Made by a program: the position numbers and the translations under genes. Below are positions 18,119 through 27,012 of a stretch of 64,000 nucleotides of DNA, in pieces (position 1 is the stretch's first letter; every line of letters begins with the position of its first letter). Origin of the DNA: Halarcobacter sp. (GTDB taxonomy: Bacteria > Campylobacterota > Campylobacteria > Campylobacterales > Arcobacteraceae); the NCBI GenBank assembly GCA_963676565.1, contig OY781089.1:2592001-2656000 (forward strand). The letters are read 5' to 3'. The notes under the pieces are model-generated. The model had not been told where the DNA came from and did not search any database. It saw nothing but the letters and a program-made list of their open reading frames with translations.

Positions 18119-18140
18119 GACTAACTATTTATTGAATATA
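18119..18140 (-). other. attI-like (or attG-like) junction at the array start
   Basis: Minus strand TTCAAT-AAATA-GTTAGTC; GTTAGTCA complements TGACTAAC of the first cassette's attC; no hairpin upstream. Confidence 0.65.
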
Positions 18141-18323
18141 AATTATATAAATAAAGTACTTAAATACACTTATTTATTATATATTTATAATAATTATATA
18201 AAATAATATTATTAGATATATATTGTGAAGAATAAATTTATTAAAGTATACTTCCAATAACTTAAAAGAGCTTGTCACATTAGTTTGGAGTGATTACCTA
18301 ACTTTGTCATAAATAGGGGGGGG

Positions 18324-18350
18324 GTAAGGACGTTTGTCCTTACTTTTTTT
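18324..18350 (+). terminator. Intrinsic terminator, plus-strand oriented
   Basis: GTAAGGAC-GTTT-GTCCTTAC followed by T7, preceded by a G9 run. Confidence 0.7.
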
Positions 18351-19098
18351 ATGAGTATAATTGAATAAACTTATTTTCTTGAAACTCCATTAAAATGCAT
18401 TTTGAAACTTTTAATTTTTCTAGTAAATCTTCTGGAGATATAGGTAAACAATTAAGATTTATTTTTTTAGTAACATTCATAATATTTATAAACTTTTTAT
18501 CTGTGGTTAAAAAATAATCTAATCCGTTCACTTCTGCACTCCATAAATGAAAAGCATCAGGTAGCTGTTTATCTGATAAACCTGAACATATCTCTTTAAA
18601 TCTTTCTATATTGTTAATAGATTTTTTTGTTAAGTTGGGATAACTACTAGTATTTCTTACTAAATTCTTTATATCAGCATTATTTAAAGAAAGCAAAAAT
18701 TTACAAAAGTCAATAACATTTTTGTTATCTATAAATTCAAGAAAATCCATACTTTGAAAGTAGCTTCTATCAATCGCTGGTTCAATAAATTTAATTGAGA
18801 CATTTTTTAAAAGATATCCTCTCTCTTCTAGGAAAGTTTTTTTCCAACCTTCAAATTTAACTTCATCATAAGAGAAGAAATGTATCTTATTCTCATAAAC
18901 TAAATTTACAATTGTTGGAATACACATAATTTGATTCCTTTTCCATTGATTATTATCATCTGGTAATGGTTTTCTAACATAGCCTAAAATATCATTAGTA
19001 AGTACTTGATTACCCCATTTAAGTGTTTTTTGAGAAATTTGATACTGTAATGTTTCACTTAAACTAAAAATACAATTATCTAAAAAAACTTTTATCAA
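18349..19098 (-). CDS. PIN-like domain protein
   Basis: VFLDNCIF at N-terminus and DAFHLWSAEVNGLDYFLTTDKKF near the C-terminus. Confidence 0.6.
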   Translation of the reverse strand: MIKVFLDNCIFSLSETLQYQISQKTLKWGNQVLTNDILGYVRKPLPDDNNQWKRNQIMCIPTIVNLVYENKIHFFSYDEVKFEGWKKTFLEERGYLLKNVSIKFIEPAIDRSYFQSMDFLEFIDNKNVIDFCKFLLSLNNADIKNLVRNTSSYPNLTKKSINNIERFKEICSGLSDKQLPDAFHLWSAEVNGLDYFLTTDKKFINIMNVTKKINLNCLPISPEDLLEKLKVSKCILMEFQENKFIQLYS

Positions 19099-19136
19099 TT
19101 ATTGACCTCTTAAAATAGTAGTTTGATTAAAATATA

Positions 19137-19241
19137 TTTTGTCGTAAGCTTGGTGTAGATTTTACCGAAGTCTAGCGAAGGTGTACTACTCGTACATCGA
19201 AGCTAGAATTCGGTGAAAGATGCGCCGAAATTACGGCAAAA
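19137..19241. repeat. Long imperfect palindromic element after the guaA stop
   Basis: Nested arms TTTTGTCGTAA/TTACGGCAAAA, TTTTACCGAA/TTCGGTGAAA, TCTAGC/GCTAGA, TGTAC/GTACA. Confidence 0.7.
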
Positions 19242-19244
19242 AAA

Positions 19245-20780
19245 TTATTCCCACTCGATTGTTGCTGGTGGCTTAGAAGAGATATCATATACCACTCTAT
19301 TAATCCCATCAACTTCGTTAATAATTCTTCTAGAAATAGTTTCTAATACATCATGAGGGATATGTGCAAATGTAGCTGTCATACCATCTGTTGCTTCTAC
19401 AATTCTAACACATACAGTATTGTCATAAGTTCTATTATCACCCATAACACCAACTGATTTTACATTTAGAAGTACTGTAAATGCTTGCCATGTTTTATCA
19501 TATAATCCAGTTGCATGTAAAACATCTAGCATGATAACATCTGCTTTTCTAAGTAATTCTAAATCAGGTTTATTAACATCTCCCATCACTCTAATAGCAA
19601 GTCCAGGACCAGGGAAAGGATGTCTACCAATCATATCTTTTGGAAGTCCAAGTTCAAGTCCTAAAAGTCTTACTTCATCTTTGAAGATTTCTCTTAAAGG
19701 TTCAATTAACTCAAAAGTCATCCAATCTGGAAGTCCACCAACATTGTGATGTGACTTGATAGTTTTAGAAGGTCCTTTAACTGAAACAGACTCAATAACA
19801 TCTGTATAAAGTGTACCTTGTGCTAAGAACTCAATACCATCGTGTTTTTTTGCTTCTTTATCAAATACTTCAATAAAAGTTTCACCGATAATTTTTCTTT
19901 TTCTTTCAGGATCAGTTACTCCAGCTAATCTTTCAAGGAATAGTTCACTTGCATCAGCAGTAATAAGATTCACACCTCTTGCTTTAAACATAGCTTCAAC
20001 TTGTTCTCTTTCATTTGCTCTTAATAAACCATTATCAACAAATACAGGAATAAGTTGGTCTCCAATAGCTTCAGCTAAAAGTGTTGCAACAACAGAAGAG
20101 TCAACTCCTCCACTTACACCACATAATACTTTTTTATCTCCAACTTGGTCTTGGATTTTTTTGATTTGTTCTTTTGCAAATGAACCCATGTTCCATGTTG
20201 ATTCACAACCACAAACATGTTTTGCAAAGTTTTTAAGAATCTTAGCACCTTCAGCTGAGTGATAAACTTCTGGGTGAAATTGAAATGCATAAATATTTTC
20301 ATCTTCTTTTGCAATTGCTGCAAATGGAGAGTTTTCACTTGTTCCAATAACTTCAAAACCTTCTGCTAATTTGTCAACTTTATCTCCATGTGACATCCAA
20401 ACAGTTTGTCCATCAGTTGTGTCTTTGAAAATCGCACACTCTTTTTCAAAAGTAAGTTTTGCTTTCCCGTATTCATGATGATCTGCAGGGATTACTGAAC
20501 CACCATAAAATTGAGAGATAAGTTGCATACCATAACAAATACCCAAGATTGGAAGTCCAAGATTAAAAATCTCTTCATCAGGGTGATATGCATCTTGTGC
20601 ATATACTGAAGCAGGTCCACCACTTAAAATAATACCTTTTGGAGTTCTAGCTAAAATATCTTCGATTCTTTCACTATATGGTACAATCTCAGAGTAAACA
20701 CCAGCTTCTCTTAATTTTCTTGCGATAATTTGTGTATATTGACTACCAAAATCTAATACAACTATTGGTACATGTTTCAT
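19245..20780 (-). CDS. guaA: GMP synthase (glutamine-hydrolysing)
   Basis: [37 protein letters not shown]. Confidence 0.98.
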   Translation of the reverse strand: MKHVPIVVLDFGSQYTQIIARKLREAGVYSEIVPYSERIEDILARTPKGIILSGGPASVYAQDAYHPDEEIFNLGLPILGICYGMQLISQFYGGSVIPADHHEYGKAKLTFEKECAIFKDTTDGQTVWMSHGDKVDKLAEGFEVIGTSENSPFAAIAKEDENIYAFQFHPEVYHSAEGAKILKNFAKHVCGCESTWNMGSFAKEQIKKIQDQVGDKKVLCGVSGGVDSSVVATLLAEAIGDQLIPVFVDNGLLRANEREQVEAMFKARGVNLITADASELFLERLAGVTDPERKRKIIGETFIEVFDKEAKKHDGIEFLAQGTLYTDVIESVSVKGPSKTIKSHHNVGGLPDWMTFELIEPLREIFKDEVRLLGLELGLPKDMIGRHPFPGPGLAIRVMGDVNKPDLELLRKADVIMLDVLHATGLYDKTWQAFTVLLNVKSVGVMGDNRTYDNTVCVRIVEATDGMTATFAHIPHDVLETISRRIINEVDGINRVVYDISSKPPATIEWE

Positions 20781-20877
20781 TAAATAGATTCCTTATTTTC
20801 TAATTAGTATCCGCGATTATAACTAAAGAGTAATTTAATATTGATTAATAGAAAAATAAGTGAGTAAAAGAAGAGAA

Positions 20878-20904
20878 TGTAAAAGTGCAAAAAGCACTTT
20901 TACA
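20878..20904. terminator. Hairpin after nhaD
   Basis: TGTAAAAGTGC-AAAAA-GCACTTTTACA. Confidence 0.55.
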
Positions 20905-20911
20905 AATAAGA

Positions 20912-22306
20912 TTATCCTACGTGATAAAATCCTAAGATTTCGTATTGAACATACCAAATAGTAACAGAAGCAATATATCCAATAAGGATAGTCCATGCAT
21001 ATTTCATATGTGAACCAAATGTATAAATACCATGAAGTTTACCCATAACTCCAACACCTGCTGCTGAACCAAATGAGATCAATGAACCACCAACACCCGC
21101 TGTAAGTGTTACTAACATCCATTGGTCAAGACCCATTTCAGGAGATGCTTTAAGTACTGCTGACATAACAGGAACGTTATCAACGATTGCAGATAAGAAA
21201 CCAACACCAATATTTGACCAAGTTGGTCCTAATACTGATGGGTCATAAACTACAACTGCTAATGCTAACCATCCAATAAAGTATAATGCACCAACTGCAG
21301 CTAAAATACCAAAGAAGAACATTAATGTATTATTTTCAATTTTTGCCATTGAATGGAAGATATTAAAGTGGTCTTTACCATGTTTTCTTTTTAAACCATA
21401 AGAATAAACTTTAAGTAAAGAAAGACCAAACATCATACCCCACATAGCTGGTAAATGTAATACTTGGTGAGACATAACAGCACAGAAAATTGTGAATACA
21501 CCAAGTCCCATTACTACTTTTGCACCCTCTGCCATTTGTGGTTTAAGCTCTTTTGATGCATCAAAATCAGGTTTTGTTTCTGGAACAAATTTAGAAAGGA
21601 TAAATGCAGTAATTAAATATCCACCAATAGAAGATGGGAATAAAAATAAGAAATCAGTAAATGTACCCTTACCTGCAGTCCAAGCCATAAGTGTAGTAAT
21701 ATCTCCAAATGGTGACCAAGCACCACCTGCATTTGCTGCAACAACAATATTAATTGCACCAGGTACTAAGAAGTCTTTTCTTGTTTTTTCAATTGTTATT
21801 AATACAGTTGATAAAATAAGAGCAGTTGTTAAGTTATCTGCAATTGGAGAGATAAAGAATGCCAAAATACCAGTTACCCAGAAAAGTTTTCTATATGTAT
21901 AACCCTTTGAAACTAGATTATATTTTAAGCTATCAAATACTCCCATATGGATTAATGACTCAATATAAGTCATAGCAACAAATAAGAAGAAGAAAATTCC
22001 AGCAATTTCTAAAATCAAGTGTTGCGCTTCAGTGTGCACCAACCCTAAATCTAGACCATTTAACGCATAATATAGCGCAACTAGAATAAACATAAACGTA
22101 CCAATAAATAGTGCAGGCTTTGCCTTATCAATTTCGTACTTCTCCTCAGCAGCTACGAAATAGTAACCTACCACAAAAATAAATAGACAAGCGAATCCTA
22201 CCCAAGTCATAGTTAAATCAGGTGCAACTTCTGCCGTACCAGAAGCTCCACTCGCTGCTAACAGCGATAAAGATGATAAAAATAACATCATCAACAGTTT
22301 TAACAT
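20912..22306 (-). CDS. nhaD: Na+/H+ antiporter NhaD
   Basis: ADNLTTAL, ANAGGAWSPFGDITT, SAIVDNVP, GGSLISFGSAAGV. Confidence 0.9.
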   Translation of the reverse strand: MLKLLMMLFLSSLSLLAASGASGTAEVAPDLTMTWVGFACLFIFVVGYYFVAAEEKYEIDKAKPALFIGTFMFILVALYYALNGLDLGLVHTEAQHLILEIAGIFFFLFVAMTYIESLIHMGVFDSLKYNLVSKGYTYRKLFWVTGILAFFISPIADNLTTALILSTVLITIEKTRKDFLVPGAINIVVAANAGGAWSPFGDITTLMAWTAGKGTFTDFLFLFPSSIGGYLITAFILSKFVPETKPDFDASKELKPQMAEGAKVVMGLGVFTIFCAVMSHQVLHLPAMWGMMFGLSLLKVYSYGLKRKHGKDHFNIFHSMAKIENNTLMFFFGILAAVGALYFIGWLALAVVVYDPSVLGPTWSNIGVGFLSAIVDNVPVMSAVLKASPEMGLDQWMLVTLTAGVGGSLISFGSAAGVGVMGKLHGIYTFGSHMKYAWTILIGYIASVTIWYVQYEILGFYHVG

Positions 22307-23760
22307 TTTTTCTCCTTAATAAAATGTGCTCCAAGTGATTTTTTTCTTTCAATTGCAGCTTTTAGAATAGATTTTGCCGTAAGCAACCTTAAATAAAGCA
22401 GTCTACCAATGTTTTCATTAAAAAAATTATTAATTTCTTCTAAGGCTTTTTTTAGTGCTTCTTCATCTCTTACTATTCCAGCATTTTCCCACATAAGTTG
22501 TCTAACTCTCTCTTTTATGGGCTTATCAGCCTCTTTGTTACGAACATATGACCGTATGCTTTTATCATAATTTAGAGCTTCAATTTTAAAATTTTCTTTC
22601 ATTGAAATATCAACTGCAATTTTTGAATAAACTACACCTTCAAGTAAAGAATTTGATGCTAATCTGTTTGCTCCATGCAATCCTGTGCATGCACATTCAC
22701 CAATTGCATACAAGTTTTTCATCCCTTTAACTTTTGCATCAACATTTGTTGCAATTCCACCCATAGAATAGTGAAATGCAGGAGAGATAGGAACTCTTTC
22801 AAAGGGTAAGTCATAACCAAACTGTTTTAGGTTTTCATAAATATTAGGGAATCTTTTTCTAAATGAGTTTTTTTCAAAACTATCAAAAGAAAGATAAATT
22901 CCTAATCCAGTCTTACTATGGTAATCATAAATTGATCTACTTACAACATCTCTTGGTGCTAATTCACCATCAGGGTGATATTCAAATAAAAATCTATTAT
23001 TGTTTTCATCTACAATATGAGCACCCTCACCCCTTAGTGCTTCACTAAGTAATGATTTTCTTGCAAAAGAGGTACCTTTAAATACTGTGGGATGAAATTG
23101 CATCATCTCCATATCTTTTAGCTCAAAGCCCTTTTCAGCACAAATACCTTGTATCTCACCTGCAATTGCTGTTGAGTTTGTATGATATTTATAAATTGAG
23201 CCAATACCACCACTTGCTAATATTGTATTATGAGCATATACAACTTTTTGTTCAGTTTCACTAACATAATATTGAACCCCATAACAAACATCATCTTTAA
23301 TTAAAAGATCATTTACAACACAATTCGTTTCAATTTCATGTTGGCAAGTTCCCATCAAAAACAGATGAATCATTCTTCCAGTGGCATCACCGTCAGCGTG
23401 TAAGATTCTGTTTCTACTGTGAGCTGCTTCTTTTGTAAAGGCTAAGTCACCTTTGTTGTTTAAGTCAAATTGCATTCCAGCAGCAATCATATCATCAACA
23501 CAAGCCCTTGAGTTTTCACTTAAAACTTCAACAGCATTTATGTTGTTGTGATTAACTCCTGCAACTAAAGTATCTTTTATATGCGCAGGGATATCTTCTT
23601 TATCAACTGCAGTTGCGATACCACCCTGTGCATAAAAAGTATTACATTCCCAAGGAACTTTTTTACAAAGCACCAATACTTTTTTATCCTTTGGTATTAG
23701 CCTTGCTGCATTTAATCCAGCAACACCTGAACCAACTATAATGTAATCATATATATTCAT
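22300..23760 (-). CDS. nadB: L-aspartate oxidase
   Basis: GSGVAG, AQGGIA, EAAHS, QFHPT, SEALRGEG, HGANRLASNSLLEG. Confidence 0.93.
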   Translation of the reverse strand: MNIYDYIIVGSGVAGLNAARLIPKDKKVLVLCKKVPWECNTFYAQGGIATAVDKEDIPAHIKDTLVAGVNHNNINAVEVLSENSRACVDDMIAAGMQFDLNNKGDLAFTKEAAHSRNRILHADGDATGRMIHLFLMGTCQHEIETNCVVNDLLIKDDVCYGVQYYVSETEQKVVYAHNTILASGGIGSIYKYHTNSTAIAGEIQGICAEKGFELKDMEMMQFHPTVFKGTSFARKSLLSEALRGEGAHIVDENNNRFLFEYHPDGELAPRDVVSRSIYDYHSKTGLGIYLSFDSFEKNSFRKRFPNIYENLKQFGYDLPFERVPISPAFHYSMGGIATNVDAKVKGMKNLYAIGECACTGLHGANRLASNSLLEGVVYSKIAVDISMKENFKIEALNYDKSIRSYVRNKEADKPIKERVRQLMWENAGIVRDEEALKKALEEINNFFNENIGRLLYLRLLTAKSILKAAIERKKSLGAHFIKEKKC

Positions 23761-23855
23761 TATTTTGAAATTTCCTTATTGTCCTCAACATAAACGGGAG
23801 GTGCCTTATAACCACACCCACTAAAAGATAATATAAATCCTGCTATAATAATTGC

Positions 23856-24272
23856 ATGAAAAAAGTTAATGAAATTCTTAGTCATCTTAAAAATAATCCT
23901 GAATTCAGGAAGATTAATACACAAGCCACAATAATAAAATTTATTGAGCTTTTACCAGACAAATTAAAAAAAGGTGTTAAATTTGCCTATATAAAAAGAG
24001 AAATACTCTTTTTTGTACTTTCTCATCCTGTTTATAAAATGGAGTTTGAGTATAACAAGAGTTTAATAAATGACTTATTAAAACAAGCACGTATAGCAAA
24101 TGTCCAAGAATTAAGGTTTTTCGTTACTAATAAAATTGAAAAAAAGAAAAAAACAGAAGTTATTCCAATGACATTTAAAGAAAGATCATATGGTATATTT
24201 GAAAATAAAATCACAAATGAAAAACTTCATGCAAAAGTTGAAGAAATAAGAAAACTTATAAAAAACTCTTAA
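23856..24272 (+). CDS. DUF721/DciA-like protein
   Basis: ILSHL N-terminus, FVLSHPVYKMEF; basic. Confidence 0.55.
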   Translation: MKKVNEILSHLKNNPEFRKINTQATIIKFIELLPDKLKKGVKFAYIKREILFFVLSHPVYKMEFEYNKSLINDLLKQARIANVQELRFFVTNKIEKKKKTEVIPMTFKERSYGIFENKITNEKLHAKVEEIRKLIKNS

Positions 24273-24843
24273 GTAGTTTTTCCCTTTGCTTATAATCAGG
24301 ACAATATTCTTCAACTAAATTCCAAAACTTTTTAGAATGATTTTTATGCTTTATATGAGCTAATTCGTGAATTACAACATACTCAATAACCTCAATTGGA
24401 AACTTCACAAGTAAGGTGTTAAAATTTAATCCATTCTTATAATTGCAACTTCCCCAAGTTCTTTTGTTTTTTCTATACTTTAAACTAGTTGGAAAAAGAC
24501 TCATAATATTTGAATATCTTTCAACTATTGGAGGTATTATCTTTTTTGCTTCATTTTTATAAAAAATATCAATATCCCTTAGATCTAGATTTTTATGCTT
24601 TAGCCCTAGGAAATAAAATTCATTATCTTCTAAACTGTTTTTTTCAAACTTTAAAATAGAATTTTCTATCCATTTTTGTTTTCTTTCCAAAAGATTTATT
24701 GCATCCTCTTTTGTGAAATAATAATTTGTGTTAATTTGTATCATTTGGGAAGATTTTACCCTTAAATAAGTATTTTTCATACCCTTTTTTTTTACTACTT
24801 TAATCAATAGTGTTTTATTGTTGAATATAAGTTCAAATTTCAA
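24256..24843 (-). CDS. YgjP/DUF45 (M48-like) metallopeptidase-domain protein
   Basis: WGSC, YVVIHELAH, HSKKFW. Confidence 0.85.
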   Translation of the reverse strand: MKFELIFNNKTLLIKVVKKKGMKNTYLRVKSSQMIQINTNYYFTKEDAINLLERKQKWIENSILKFEKNSLEDNEFYFLGLKHKNLDLRDIDIFYKNEAKKIIPPIVERYSNIMSLFPTSLKYRKNKRTWGSCNYKNGLNFNTLLVKFPIEVIEYVVIHELAHIKHKNHSKKFWNLVEEYCPDYKQREKLLKSFL

Positions 24844-24934
24844 TTAATTCCTTAAGTATAATATAGATATAATCCGTGCCAATATTAGTTGCAAACTATA
24901 TTAACATATTGAAAATTATTCAGAGGATAAGTGA

Positions 24935-26101
24935 ATGAAAATTGCAAAAAGAATGGAGAATTTATCTCCGTCGGTTACAATGGCTATTACTGCGTTAGGG
25001 AGAGAACTAAAAGCGCAAGGTAGAGACATTTTAAGTTTTAGTGCTGGTGAGCCAGATTTTGATACTCCACAAGTTATTAAAGATGCTGCAAAAAAAGCAA
25101 TCGATGATGGACACACTAAATACACAGCAGTAGAGGGAACTATTGCAACCAAACAAGCAATTATCAATAAGTTAAAAAAGGATCATGGTTTAGATTATGA
25201 ATTAGGTGATATTGTTGTTAGTAATGGTGCAAAACACTCGCTGTTTAATCTTTGCCAATTATTAATTGAAGAGGGAGACGAAGTAATCATCCCTGCACCT
25301 TACTGGGTTACATATCCAGAGCAAGTTAAATTCTCAAATGGAACACCAGTAATTATTGAAACTAATGATTCAACAGAATTTAAAATAACAGCTGAACAAT
25401 TAAAAGCGGCTATCACACCAAATACAAGAGCCTTAATTTTAAATACACCTTCAAACCCAACAGGTGGTGTTTATACAAAAGAGGAATTAATCGCTATTGG
25501 AAAAGTATTAGAAGGTACTGATGTTCTAGTATGGTCTGATGAAATGTATGAAAAAATTATGTATGATGGAAAAGTATTCACTTCAGCAGCAAGCGTAAGT
25601 GAAGATATGTACCAAAGAACAATCACTATTAATGGTATTTCTAAAGCAGTTGCTATGACTGGATGGAGATATGGATATATAGCAACTCCTAAAAAAGATT
25701 TAGTAAAAGCTATGATTAAACTTCAAGGGCAAGTTACGTCAAACGTAAACTCTATAACACTTCAAGCAGCTGTAGCTGCTTTAGATGGAAGTGCAGATGC
25801 TGATATTGAAATGATGAGAGTTGAATTTGAAAAAAGAAGAGATGTTGCAATTGAACAATTTAATGCAATCAAAGGTTTATCTTGTGTTAAACCAGATGGA
25901 GCATTTTACCTTTTTGTAAATATCAAAGAAGCTTGTGATGATTCTTTAAAATTTGCTGCTGATCTTTTATCAGAAAAAGGTGTTGCAGTAGTTCCTGGTG
26001 ACGCTTTTGGTCTTCCAGGTTACTTTAGATTCTCTTTTGCTACAGACTTAGCAAGTATTGAAGAGGGAATTAGAAGAATTAAAGATTTTGTGGAAAAATA
26101 A
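24935..26101 (+). CDS. Aspartate aminotransferase (class I/II PLP enzyme)
   Basis: GEPDFDTP, PSNPTG, SDEMY, SKAVAMTGWRYG, RFSFA. Confidence 0.92.
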   Translation: MKIAKRMENLSPSVTMAITALGRELKAQGRDILSFSAGEPDFDTPQVIKDAAKKAIDDGHTKYTAVEGTIATKQAIINKLKKDHGLDYELGDIVVSNGAKHSLFNLCQLLIEEGDEVIIPAPYWVTYPEQVKFSNGTPVIIETNDSTEFKITAEQLKAAITPNTRALILNTPSNPTGGVYTKEELIAIGKVLEGTDVLVWSDEMYEKIMYDGKVFTSAASVSEDMYQRTITINGISKAVAMTGWRYGYIATPKKDLVKAMIKLQGQVTSNVNSITLQAAVAALDGSADADIEMMRVEFEKRRDVAIEQFNAIKGLSCVKPDGAFYLFVNIKEACDDSLKFAADLLSEKGVAVVPGDAFGLPGYFRFSFATDLASIEEGIRRIKDFVEK

Positions 26102-26106
26102 GAGTT

Positions 26107-27012
26107 ATGACTCCACAAAAAAAAGCTACCGTTGTTTCAAGTAGTGTTGCTGCTTTATTAACACTAATGAAACTAGTTATTGGTATAGCTAGTGGGTCTG
26201 TTGCAGTTTTAGCATCTGCAATAGACTCAGTTCTTGATATGTTTGTATCTTTATTTAACTACTTTGCTGTAAACAATTCTGAAAAACCAGCCGATGAAAC
26301 TTTTAATTATGGACGTGGAAAAATTGAAGCCTTAGCTTCTGTAATTGAAGGTACAATTATTACTATTTCTGGTTTATTTTTACTTTATCAAGCTATTGAA
26401 AAAGCAATCAATGGTGAAGTATCTCAATATCTTGGTATCTCTTTAGGTGTAATGGTTGCCTCTTTAATGATTACTGTTAGTTTAGTAATCTACTTAAATA
26501 AGATTGCAAAACAAACTAATAGTATGGTGATCAAAGCTGATGCTTTACACTATAAAACAGATGTTTACACAAATGCTGCTGTTTTAGTATCACTATTACT
26601 TGTAAACTTTACAGGTATTGAATTAATCGATGTTATTGTTGGTGGTGGTATCTCTATATTTATTATCTATTCAGCCTATGAATTGATTCAAGAAGGTGTT
26701 CTTGTATTATTAGATAGAGCAGTTGATGAAGAGATAGTAAAAGATATCAAAAAAGCTTTAATGTCAGAAGAAAGAGTTAACACATTCCATATGTTAAAAA
26801 CAAGAGAAGCAGGAAGTCAAATCTTTGTTGATGTTCACTTAGTTTATGATTGTCTAATCACTCTTATGGAAGCTCATAAAATAACTGATAAAATAGAAAA
26901 TAAAATAAGAAAACTAGATAGATCAAAGGATTGGGTTATCAATATTCATATGGATCCATATGATGATCTTGATAGTAATGAAGACAATCATCTATCAGAA
27001 GGTTCACATTGA
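26107..27012 (+). CDS. Cation diffusion facilitator (FieF-like)
   Basis: SAIDSVLD, YGRGKIEALA, ADALHYKTD, IHMDP. Confidence 0.9.
   Translation: MTPQKKATVVSSSVAALLTLMKLVIGIASGSVAVLASAIDSVLDMFVSLFNYFAVNNSEKPADETFNYGRGKIEALASVIEGTIITISGLFLLYQAIEKAINGEVSQYLGISLGVMVASLMITVSLVIYLNKIAKQTNSMVIKADALHYKTDVYTNAAVLVSLLLVNFTGIELIDVIVGGGISIFIIYSAYELIQEGVLVLLDRAVDEEIVKDIKKALMSEERVNTFHMLKTREAGSQIFVDVHLVYDCLITLMEAHKITDKIENKIRKLDRSKDWVINIHMDPYDDLDSNEDNHLSEGSH

Larger units (their letters stand above)
14586..18125 (-). mobile_element. Integron gene-cassette array lacking an adjacent integrase (CALIN-like)
   Basis: Co-oriented single genes separated by attC hairpins; each cassette's start GTT box is complementary to its own terminal AAC box; no intI next to the array. 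Confidence 0.88.

Noticed and set aside
19245..19275. guaA-targeted island with a duplicated guaA 3' end
   Set aside because: No second copy of the guaA tail was found by eye and there is no integrase next to guaA.
19531..21902. Antisense or alternate-frame ORFs within guaA and nhaD (and similar ones elsewhere in the track)
   Set aside because: They are fully nested in well-supported genes and show no motifs.
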